This document shows, piece after piece, positions 1-7,390 of a stretch of DNA of 59,472 nucleotides; the stretch's first letter is position 1, and each line of letters begins with the position of its first letter. The DNA is from Candidatus Kaiserbacteria bacterium (GTDB taxonomy: Bacteria > Patescibacteriota > Minisyncoccia > Phycocordibacterales > Phycocordibacteraceae): positions 1 through 59,472 of the forward strand of contig JAPLWI010000011.1 of assembly GCA_026396675.1 (NCBI GenBank), in the 5' to 3' direction. The notes under the pieces were generated by a model. The model was not told the DNA's origin. It searched no databases and saw nothing but the letters and a program-made list of their open reading frames with translations. A program made the position numbers and the translations under genes.

Positions 1-426
1 GATGGCACGCTGGTCGTAAACTACTACGGTCTTATCGCCCCGATGATTCGTTCGATTCAAGAATTAGACGCCAACATGAAGCAATTGCAGGCCGCTGGGG
101 CGATTCTTAGCGTAGAAGCGGGTACCGATGCGCAATGTGTTGTGGGGGATACGAAATTGCGGAGAAGAAGGAAAGGAAAAGGAAACACACAAAGCGACGG
201 CAACGTCGGCATCGAATACGAAGAAATCGCGATTGCCGATGTTGCGGTTGGTGATGAAATTGCCTCGCTCGACGAGCGCACCGGTCGGGTCGTGTACTCG
301 CGCGTGAACGCGCTCTTGGACATGGGTGTGCAAGAAATATTTGAACTCAAAACCGCCTCCGGTCGCACTATCAGAACCACTGGAAATCATCCGTACCTTG
401 TTCGGGAAAGGGCGACATTGTCCTAA
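1..426 (+). CDS. 5'-truncated large surface/fibre-like protein, N-half: end of a peptidase S74/ICA-like chaperone segment followed by an N-terminal intein fragment (IntN, 136-423)
   Basis: Frame is open from base 1 (DGTLVVNYYGLIAPMIRSIQEL, like the S74 'vnY..Lip.LikaiQEL' end). It continues ...GTDAQ|CVVGDT (intein block A, Cys1 at 136) and IRTTGNHPYLV (block B TxxH), then stops at 424-426. Confidence 0.85.
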   Translation, partial: DGTLVVNYYGLIAPMIRSIQELDANMKQLQAAGAILSVEAGTDAQCVVGDTKLRRRRKGKGNTQSDGNVGIEYEEIAIADVAVGDEIASLDERTGRVVYSRVNALLDMGVQEIFELKTASGRTIRTTGNHPYLVRERATLS

Positions 427-432
427 AACCTT

Positions 433-579
433 ATGCCGATTTTCTTTACACTTGTCAAAAAAGATAGCATAAAAATAGGTGATTTTATATCACAGATGCT
501 TATGGCAACTCCGAAAAACACCGAAACTCGTGAGATTTCCGGCACGGTTATTCGTGATATAGAAGCGAAAATTGTATGA
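433..579 (+). CDS. Small 48-aa ORF (MPIFFTLVKKDSIKIGDF...IEAKIV), not in the ORF track
   Basis: ATG is 7 nt after the IntN stop. Its TGA overlaps the NYN start (ATGA), filling the gap exactly. Confidence 0.45.
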   Translation: MPIFFTLVKKDSIKIGDFISQMLMATPKNTETREISGTVIRDIEAKIV

Positions 580-1208
580 AAAAGCCCCGAGTCGGTGTAT
601 TTATTGATGCAGGGAATCTGTATCACACATCTGCTAGAATCGGATGGCGCATTGATTTCAGAAAATTGAGAAACTTGTTGTCTCATACTTGTGACCTATC
701 TTTCATTAACTACCATATTATTGTTCCGCGTGAGGATGATGTGAATTATGCAAAAACGCTCACACACATACAAAAGGCCTCCGCGGCATTTACGGTGTGT
801 CAAAAGCAGATGAAGTATATCTGGAGTGATGAAGAGAAAAGAGAGATAAAAAAAGGAGATATTGATGTTGATCTTGCGGTGGATGTCATAGAAAGGTTTG
901 AGAATGTGGACGCTATGATTGTCGTGAGCGGTGACAGTGATTATCTCGCGCTTGAAAAGTATGTAGCTGAGCGCGGGAAGCCCCTCATATTTATGGGTTA
1001 CAAAAAGAATATGGCGTGGGAACTCCGTCTTAAAAACCATATGTTTTTTGAATTGATTAGAGAGTGGGTAGAATACGGAATAACAACAAACCCCGACCTT
1101 TCGGCCGGGGCGACGTTAACAGGGTCAATTATAGCAAAGGCTATTTCTGAGTCAAGCATTTTGCCGGCGGGTGTGGATAACGATATCTCAGGCAGAAAAA
1201 GGATATGA
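576..1208 (+). CDS. NYN/LabA-DUF88 (PIN-like) domain protein, putative RNase
   Basis: VFIDAGNL, KKGDIDVDLAVD and VSGDSDY motifs are typical of NYN domains. Confidence 0.85.
   Translation: MKKPRVGVFIDAGNLYHTSARIGWRIDFRKLRNLLSHTCDLSFINYHIIVPREDDVNYAKTLTHIQKASAAFTVCQKQMKYIWSDEEKREIKKGDIDVDLAVDVIERFENVDAMIVVSGDSDYLALEKYVAERGKPLIFMGYKKNMAWELRLKNHMFFELIREWVEYGITTNPDLSAGATLTGSIIAKAISESSILPAGVDNDISGRKRI
1082..1155 (-). ncRNA. Putative antisense small-RNA unit at the NYN 3' end (promoter + terminator hairpin)
   Basis: Minus strand reads TTGACT (1155-1150), 16 nt, TGc-TATAAT (1133-1128). Downstream is CCCCGGCC-GAAA-GGTCGGGG followed by TTTGTTGTT. The stem needs a G.U pair that forms only on the minus strand. 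Confidence 0.55.
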
Positions 1209-1411
1209 AAAAATCTTCTGAACTTTCTGAACTGCAAACAAACAAATCCGACCTCGTTGCCGAGGCCGGATTGCTGGAAGCGCGCGTTCTTCCGAATAAA
1301 AATAAAAGTTGGCTCCAGCACGAAACTACATGGTTTCGCGCGATTGCGCGACGAAGCGGTTGTCAACCCGCGACGGCACTTGCTACAGAGTGCAAAGGAA
1401 TCATAGCATAA
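1205..1411 (+). CDS. Hypothetical 68-aa protein in the intein cargo operon
   Basis: ATGA overlap with the NYN stop; ends 4 nt before the PemK start. No recognisable motif. Confidence 0.4.
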   Translation: MKKSSELSELQTNKSDLVAEAGLLEARVLPNKNKSWLQHETTWFRAIARRSGCQPATALATECKGIIA

Positions 1412-1415
1412 TACT

Positions 1416-1862
1416 ATGGAAAAGAACTTTGACGGATGGAATGAGGTGAAAAAAATAACGCACACAGAGCATCCGCGCCTGTATACGGTTCGCGAGATAT
1501 GGTGGTGCAGACTTGGCGTGAATGTTGGTACAGAACAAGATGGGAAAGGAGAATGGTCTGTCCGGCCTTGTATTATTCTGCGAGGATTTGGTTCCGATGC
1601 TTGTTTGGTTGTGCCGCTCACGACATCAACTCGCGAACACCCGCTACGTGTCACTGTCGGTTTGGTTGAAGGACAAGAAGCGAGAGCCAACCTATCTCAA
1701 ATTCGTGTTGTAGATACTCGTCGTTTGGAGGAAAAGATCGGATTTCTTGAAACGAAAGCGTTTTCAAAATTACGAAAAGCCGCCAGAGATTTGTTCTCTG
1801 GCGGCTTTTCTGACTCTCTCCCCCTTGCGGGGGCAAGGCCGAAGCCAACTGTCCAAATATGA
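1416..1862 (+). CDS. PemK/MazF-family toxin (endoribonuclease)
   Basis: REIWWCRLGVNVGTEQDGK...RPCIIL...VVPLTT...NLSQIRVVDTRRL matches the PemK/MazF pattern. Confidence 0.85.
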   Translation: MEKNFDGWNEVKKITHTEHPRLYTVREIWWCRLGVNVGTEQDGKGEWSVRPCIILRGFGSDACLVVPLTTSTREHPLRVTVGLVEGQEARANLSQIRVVDTRRLEEKIGFLETKAFSKLRKAARDLFSGGFSDSLPLAGARPKPTVQI

Positions 1863-1887
1863 TATATGACCACAACTGAAAAGTCAA
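1770..1887 (-). ncRNA. Putative structured antisense RNA at the PemK 3' end (candidate RNA antitoxin)
   Basis: Minus strand reads TTGACT (1887-1882), 17 nt, TATCAT (1864-1859). It then has GGC-TTCG-GCC, CCCCC-GCAA-GGGGG and a perfect 16-bp inverted repeat (1774-1789/1795-1810) ending in a U-run. Confidence 0.6.
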
Positions 1888-3164
1888 TGAAGAAAAAGGG
1901 AGTTGTTGATAACTTATTGAAGAGGTTTTTCGGCGCCCCCGTGCCTGATGTTGTCTTTGCGCCTGCGGCAATTCCTGCGACTAAAGCGACGATGACGACA
2001 AAAACCGTATGTCCGTACTGCAATTCGAGTAATTTTGTCAGGCGCGGCATTCGACAGAAGAAGCACGAAGTCGTGCAACTTTATTTGTGCCGGAATTCGG
2101 AATGCGGTCGAACTTTCACAGCCGAAAGAGTGAAAGGAAAAAGATTCCCTCTACAAGTCATTCTGGAAGGCATCAGTTATTACAACTTGGGATTAACGCT
2201 GGAACAAACTTGTCATATCTTAAAAGAAAAATTCTCAAAAGATGAAAATATTTTAGCACCGACGCCAGCTACGCTGGCGTCGTGGGTGGAAGAATATAAG
2301 CCGATTTGCAGGTTTGAACGAATGCGCCCGTACGCCGTCAAATTATTTCCGCCGCAGAAGATGATCGAAGTGGTTACGATGGCGCACCGCCAACTTTATC
2401 GATTCCGATACCATCGTGCAAAAACGCTGTTGTCAATGGAAGAATTTAAAAATCGTCGTTTCGGTCGTCTGAAAGAATATTTGGATAATGTTTCTGCGGA
2501 GACACCGCATCAATATTTTCAAGACGGAGAGCGGATGAGCGAGATCAGGAGCAAATTCGACAAAACCGATATGATTATCAAAAGTAAATCAAATTTCGCC
2601 AACAAAACCGCCGAGTTCGTCTTGCGGAGCGTGCCGGATAATAACGCGCGGCATGAGGCGTTGCAACGCTTCATGATTGCAAACGACTCGGTGACGATAG
2701 CGACCGAGGTGCCGGTGTATATTCGGAAAGAAGATGTGGAGCATATGGAGAATGTGCTGAAGTTCAAAATCTTAGGTGAAGAGGGGCTACTGATTAAGGG
2801 ACATGCAGACAAAGCTAAGTCAAAATCGGCAGCGGGAAGCAAATCGTTTCCAAAACTCTTAACCGGTCACATTGACATTCTGCAAATCCGCAACGGTATG
2901 GTGCACATTCTTGACTACAAACCGAACGCGAGCAAGGAGAAGCCGATTGAACAGCTTACATGGTACGCGCTTGCGCTTTCGCGCCTGACCGGTCTGCGTT
3001 TGTTCGAATTCAAATGCGCGTGGTTTGACGACAAGGATTTCTACGAGTTCTATCCGCTGCATGTCGTTAAAAAATTGCAGATAAAAAAACGCGCGCGGAA
3101 AGTGCATTACAGAGACGGCAGTGTAGCGGAAATTCCGCGCCAGGACGTGTTTAAAGTCGCATAA
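1866..3164 (+). CDS. IS1 InsA-like Zn-ribbon/HTH fused to a C-terminal PD-(D/E)XK (RecB/Cas4-like) nuclease
   Basis: CPYCNS..RRG...YLCRNSECGRTF zinc ribbon, then TEVPVY and GHIDILQ...HILDYK...EQLTWYALAL nuclease motifs. Confidence 0.7.
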   Translation: MTTTEKSMKKKGVVDNLLKRFFGAPVPDVVFAPAAIPATKATMTTKTVCPYCNSSNFVRRGIRQKKHEVVQLYLCRNSECGRTFTAERVKGKRFPLQVILEGISYYNLGLTLEQTCHILKEKFSKDENILAPTPATLASWVEEYKPICRFERMRPYAVKLFPPQKMIEVVTMAHRQLYRFRYHRAKTLLSMEEFKNRRFGRLKEYLDNVSAETPHQYFQDGERMSEIRSKFDKTDMIIKSKSNFANKTAEFVLRSVPDNNARHEALQRFMIANDSVTIATEVPVYIRKEDVEHMENVLKFKILGEEGLLIKGHADKAKSKSAAGSKSFPKLLTGHIDILQIRNGMVHILDYKPNASKEKPIEQLTWYALALSRLTGLRLFEFKCAWFDDKDFYEFYPLHVVKKLQIKKRARKVHYRDGSVAEIPRQDVFKVA

Positions 3165-3171
3165 ATAAAAT

Positions 3172-3651
3172 ATGCAAAACTACGCGCAATCAAAATATAA
3201 ATATCAGACCAACAAGGCGTTTACGCCGAGGAAGCCGGTCAAGACCTTCCGCGACCTGGACATTTATCAGCAGGCGATGAACTGTGCAGTCATTGTCGTG
3301 AAGAATATCCGGCCGAAATTGGTAACGCTCAAATACCCGTTTTTGGAAGGGCTAATGGACTGCACGATGACGGTGCCGCTTTCTATCGGCGAAGCACACT
3401 CTATCCGTTTCGGCGATTTCGCGAAGGGACTCGGTTTGATGGAAAAAGCAATGTCGGGGTGCAACAAGATGATTATCTATCTGGAACATATTAAAGGTAT
3501 GTACGGAGCAAAGGTTGATGCCGGTGTAATTGATGAGATTATCGCACGTTATGCCGAGACGCGGACCAAGGCATTTCATTTGGAATGTTCGTGGAAGAAA
3601 TGGGGGACCGCGCCGCGTGAGCGCGGCGCGTTGGGCGCAGTCAAGCTATAA
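3172..3651 (+). CDS. Four-helix-bundle protein (23S rRNA IVP / Avd-like family)
   Basis: N-terminal FRDLDIYQQA and VPLSIGEAH motifs; all-helical 159 aa. Confidence 0.7.
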   Translation: MQNYAQSKYKYQTNKAFTPRKPVKTFRDLDIYQQAMNCAVIVVKNIRPKLVTLKYPFLEGLMDCTMTVPLSIGEAHSIRFGDFAKGLGLMEKAMSGCNKMIIYLEHIKGMYGAKVDAGVIDEIIARYAETRTKAFHLECSWKKWGTAPRERGALGAVKL

Positions 3652-3665
3652 TCATATATAAATGT

Positions 3666-4973
3666 ATGTTTCCATTTTTTAACAAAACAAAAGACGTTAA
3701 GGGGAAGTGGCGCAAAATTTCCGATTTGACACCTGGACTTGAAATCGCTGTTCCTTCCGAGAACGGAAATGTTGCTTGGGATGAAATAACTTCCATAAAA
3801 CCAGTTGGCCGCGAGCAGGTTTACGATATTGAGGTAGAGGGAACACACAACTTCGTCGGCGACGATATTTTTGCGCATAACACCTATGTCTTGAAGTCGG
3901 GCAATCTGTCGGCTAATGCTCCTTCCGATGTTTTGAATGCCGATGACAAGAGTGTTGATATTTATAAACTTGCAACTTACGCGCTGTCAGAAGAACAATC
4001 GCTTGCGGCTAAAGTGGATGCGGAGCAGACGGAAATGGTCTCGCTCGAAGCGCGCGTGGAAGCGCTGGAAACAGGATCCGTGTCATCCGGTGGCAACTTC
4101 GGCACGGGGACGCTCGGCACGGGGTTGGCGAACGCCTTGAACGGCTTCGGCGTATTAATACAAAAGGGCATCGCGCAATTTAATACGCTCGTATTCCAAC
4201 GGCTCGTCGCGGCGACTGATTCCACAGGTGCTTCCTCAGCTGGTTCTGTCAGCATCTTGACGGGAAATGTGGTTGCGCAGGTCACCAATTCATTGGTAAT
4301 GCCGTCCACGAAGGTCTTCATCACATTCAATTCGCAAATTACCGGAAGCTGGTGGGTGAGCGACAAAGCTACTGGCTCGTTCCGCGTTGTCCTCTCGACA
4401 CCGCAGGCCAGCGATGTCTCATTTGATTACTTTTTGGTTCAAACGGAAGGTCAAATTTCAACGAGTACGGCGGCTGTCAGCGATCAACAAACAAACAATA
4501 ATTCTTCCGTTACAACGGCACCGATTATTGTAGAAAACTCGAGTGCCGAAACATCCGATACAACGGCAACAACTACTGCGACTTCAACGCCGGAATCTTC
4601 AGACACCACTCCGCCGGTCGTGACACTCATTGGCGAGGCGGCGATACAGATAAATGTTGGTGGCACATTCACTGACCCCGGCGCAACTGCGACTGACCCA
4701 GTCGACGGTGATGTGACCTCGAAGATTGTGGTGACCGGTTCGGTCAATACGGCAACGCCCGGACTTTACACACTCACCTATTCAGCTTCGAATGCGGCAG
4801 GGAATACAGGCACCGTGTCGCGCGTTGTCACAGTCCTCGCACCTGCTGAAACTCCAGCCCCAGCCGATGGTTCGACAAACTCACCACCTGACGATACAAC
4901 CGCGCCGACTGAACCAGCAGCACCTGCTCCTGAAACACCCACCACTCCCGCTGTAGAAACACCAGTGGGTTGA
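3666..4973 (+). CDS. C-half of the fractured surface protein: C-terminal intein fragment (IntC, 3666-3881), then coiled coil, beta domain, DUF5011-like Ig domain and Pro/Thr-rich tail
   Basis: GKWRKISDLTPGLEIAV (N4), WDEITSI...VYDIEVEGTHNF (block F) and IFAHN|T (block G, Thr+1 at 3882). DTTPPVVTLIG...DPGATATD...YSASNAAGN is an Ig-like repeat. Confidence 0.85.
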   Translation: MFPFFNKTKDVKGKWRKISDLTPGLEIAVPSENGNVAWDEITSIKPVGREQVYDIEVEGTHNFVGDDIFAHNTYVLKSGNLSANAPSDVLNADDKSVDIYKLATYALSEEQSLAAKVDAEQTEMVSLEARVEALETGSVSSGGNFGTGTLGTGLANALNGFGVLIQKGIAQFNTLVFQRLVAATDSTGASSAGSVSILTGNVVAQVTNSLVMPSTKVFITFNSQITGSWWVSDKATGSFRVVLSTPQASDVSFDYFLVQTEGQISTSTAAVSDQQTNNNSSVTTAPIIVENSSAETSDTTATTTATSTPESSDTTPPVVTLIGEAAIQINVGGTFTDPGATATDPVDGDVTSKIVVTGSVNTATPGLYTLTYSASNAAGNTGTVSRVVTVLAPAETPAPADGSTNSPPDDTTAPTEPAAPAPETPTTPAVETPVG

Positions 4974-4984
4974 ATCGTGTCCAA

Positions 4985-5060
4985 CATGTCCAACACCGAG
5001 TGTCCGACAATGCCCGACACATTGTAAACAACATGTCCAACACTCGGTGTTGGACATGTT
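4985..5060. repeat. REP-like palindromes downstream of the RAYT gene (two inverted copies)
   Basis: TGTCCAACACCGAGTGTCCGACA at 4987-5009. AACATGTCCAACAC-TCG-GTGTTGGACATGTT at 5030-5060 is a perfect palindrome. Confidence 0.85.
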
Positions 5061-5071
5061 TGGGCGGCAAC

Positions 5072-5731
5072 TTAAAGTTCTAAAACCTCACCGAGTGTTT
5101 TGGCAATACTCGTTCGCACAAACATTTCATATTCGCTTGCCGTTTTGAATTGCCCCAAGACCACTTCCGTGGAAAGTAACTTATCCCAACGACTTTTATC
5201 GATGTAGTCCTGGTAACTAGACCACTCGTATTTTTGTTCATTACTTTTCCATTGTTGCAAACCTCTTACATTGCGATGAATGTAAGTCGAGAGGTAAAGC
5301 AATTGATCGTCGTCTTCTATATGAATAGCTCTATATGGTCCTTGAAATAAGTGTCCGGACACTCTGTATCTCGTGTTGTAATACTTTGTATAACCATTTA
5401 AAACGCGTTGCATATATCGTGCGATGCCATTTTCTTGAGTTTCTTTAAGAATAAGATGAAAATGATTCGGCATGAGACAGAACGCGGTAAGTTCCACATA
5501 CCGATTCTTAATGATTTTCGTAACATCCTCCGCACCAATGTCGAACACTCGGTGTTGGACAAAACGACGCACACGGCGGGAAATTTGATCAAAAACAATA
5601 TCGGATTGGAAAAATAAAATTAAAAAGAGGAATCGAGAATAATCCGAGGTATCATGAAAAATAATTTTCTTCTGTGTACCGCGATTGTACACGTGATAAT
5701 ACTCACCAATGCTTATTTGAACATTTCGCAT
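5072..5731 (-). mobile_element. REP-associated tyrosine transposase (RAYT, IS200-like Y1 HUH)
   Basis: YYHVYNRG, FCLMPNHFHL (HUH), YIHRN and YEWSSY motifs; flanked by REP palindromes. Confidence 0.9.
5539..5561. repeat. REP copy inside the RAYT coding sequence
   Basis: TGTCGAACAC-TCG-GTGTTGGACA (encodes VQHRVFD on the minus strand). Confidence 0.85.
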
Positions 5732-5763
5732 ACAGTTTCATTGTCGCAGAAATACGGGCATTT

Positions 5764-5786
5764 TGTCCAACACTCGGTGTTGGACA
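5764..5786. repeat. REP copy upstream of RAYT
   Basis: TGTCCAACAC-TCG-GTGTTGGACA. Confidence 0.85.
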
Positions 5787-5831
5787 TGTTTTGGAAGTTG
5801 CAGATATTGCATGTGTGCTACACTTTTATTT

Positions 5832-6896
5832 ATGAAAAACATTCGCATTGCCATTAATGGTTTCGGGAGGATAGGTAGAGCATTTGCGCGCCGCGCGCAA
5901 AATCGTGGTGTTGAAATTGTCGCAATAAACGATCTCGGCTCGCTGGAAAATCTCGCGTATCTGCTTAAGTACGATACTGTGTATGGGCGGTTCCCCTCAG
6001 AAGTTTCAACGAAGGAGGGCGCGTTTCTTATAGATAACAAAGAGGTGAAATTCTTTTCGGAAAAAGATCCAGCGAAATTACCGTGGAAGGACTTAGACAT
6101 TGATGTCGTCGTAGAATCAACTGGACTTTTTACCGATTATGAAAAGGCGAGCGTGCACATTACTGCTGGCGCAAAACGTGTCGTAATTACCGCACCGGTC
6201 AAGGTTCCGCCAGTCGACGGAGGTGGTGCGACAGTGCTAATGGGTTTGAATGAGGAGAAGCTCGCGTCGTGTCAGATTTCGTCAAACGCTTCCTGCACTA
6301 CCAACGCCGCAGGTCCAATTATCGCGATCTTGGATGAGGTGATTGGTATAGAAAAAGCAATACTTTCCACAACGCATGCGTACACAGCAAGTCAGTCAAT
6401 TGTAGATGGGCCATCAAAAAAAGATATGAAAGAGGGAAGATCCGCGGCGCAAAATATTGTGCCGACTTCAACTGGTGCGGCAACGGCAGTCACGGCAGCA
6501 TACGAATCGCTCGCCGGAAAATTTGATGGCATCTCGCTTCGCGTTCCGGTAGTTGTTGGGTCAATCGCGGACATTACTTTCATCGCGAAGCGACCAACAA
6601 CTGTTGAGGAAGTAAATGGGGCGTTACGCGGCGCCGCAGTGGCGCCGCGCTGGACAGGCATTTTCAAAACGACTGACGAAGAACTCGTATCAAGCGACGT
6701 CATCGGTGAACCATACGCTTCAATTGCCGATCTCGGAATGACTCGCGTTGTTGATGGGAATCTCGTGAAAGTACTTGCTTGGTATGATAACGAGATGGGG
6801 TATGCGGAGTCGCTAGTTCGGCATGTGATTGCCGCGTCCGCGGCAATCATGCCGAATCCGTCAGCGGATTTGGCGCAAGCCGCCGCGAAAGCATGA
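5832..6896 (+). CDS. gap: Glyceraldehyde-3-phosphate dehydrogenase type I
   Basis: INGFGRIGR, SNASCTTN and WYDNE motifs; start placed at MKNIRIA. Confidence 0.97.
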   Translation: MKNIRIAINGFGRIGRAFARRAQNRGVEIVAINDLGSLENLAYLLKYDTVYGRFPSEVSTKEGAFLIDNKEVKFFSEKDPAKLPWKDLDIDVVVESTGLFTDYEKASVHITAGAKRVVITAPVKVPPVDGGGATVLMGLNEEKLASCQISSNASCTTNAAGPIIAILDEVIGIEKAILSTTHAYTASQSIVDGPSKKDMKEGRSAAQNIVPTSTGAATAVTAAYESLAGKFDGISLRVPVVVGSIADITFIAKRPTTVEEVNGALRGAAVAPRWTGIFKTTDEELVSSDVIGEPYASIADLGMTRVVDGNLVKVLAWYDNEMGYAESLVRHVIAASAAIMPNPSADLAQAAAKA

Positions 6897-7375
6897 AAGT
6901 ATATTTTGCTTCTGACCACGCCGGATTCGCGCTCAAGAACGCACTCGTTGAACACATTCGCACACTCGGATATGAGGTGGAGGATATGGGATCATTCTCA
7001 CATGATACAGGTGATGATTATCCGGACTTCGTGACGCCGCTTGCGGAGTGCGTTGCGGCTGAGCCGGACGCACGCGGCATCATCATCGGCGGAAGCGGTC
7101 AGGGCGAAGTGATGTGCGCGAATCGCGTGAAGGGGATTCGCGCCGCCGTGTTTTATGGTCCTCGACGAGTAACAGAGGCACTCGATATTGAAGGAGGCCG
7201 TTCCGAAGACGGATACGATGCGGTGCGACTTCCCCGCCGGCACAATGATGCGAATGTACTCTCAATCGGCGCGCGCTTTGTCTCTGGAGACGAAGCCGAT
7301 GAGGCAGCTCGCATATTTCTCGAAACGCCTTTTTCCGATTCATCGCGTCATTCGCGCCGTCTTGCAAAGTTTTAG
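6893..7375 (+). CDS. rpiB: Ribose-5-phosphate isomerase B
   Basis: SDHAG, DDYPD, GGSGQG and HNDANVL motifs. Confidence 0.95.
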   Translation: MKVYFASDHAGFALKNALVEHIRTLGYEVEDMGSFSHDTGDDYPDFVTPLAECVAAEPDARGIIIGGSGQGEVMCANRVKGIRAAVFYGPRRVTEALDIEGGRSEDGYDAVRLPRRHNDANVLSIGARFVSGDEADEAARIFLETPFSDSSRHSRRLAKF

Positions 7376-7390
7376 TAGTATACTTACCAA

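Noticed and set aside
998..1690. 230-aa minus-strand ORF and other long antisense ORFs (e.g. 38902-39621, 23596-24243)
   Set aside because: They are shadows of well-supported genes on the opposite strand and have no motifs.
3172..3651. Diversity-generating retroelement (Avd-like gene)
   Set aside because: No reverse transcriptase and no TR/VR pair with adenine-specific mismatches was seen in the window.
427..3665. Group I/II intron as the explanation for the intein interruption
   Set aside because: No recognisable intron core or termini, and the interval is almost fully coding. Not formally excluded without RT-PCR.
4975..5790. CRISPR array from the repeated palindromes
   Set aside because: Copies are irregularly spaced, in both orientations and flank a RAYT; there are no regular spacers and no cas genes.
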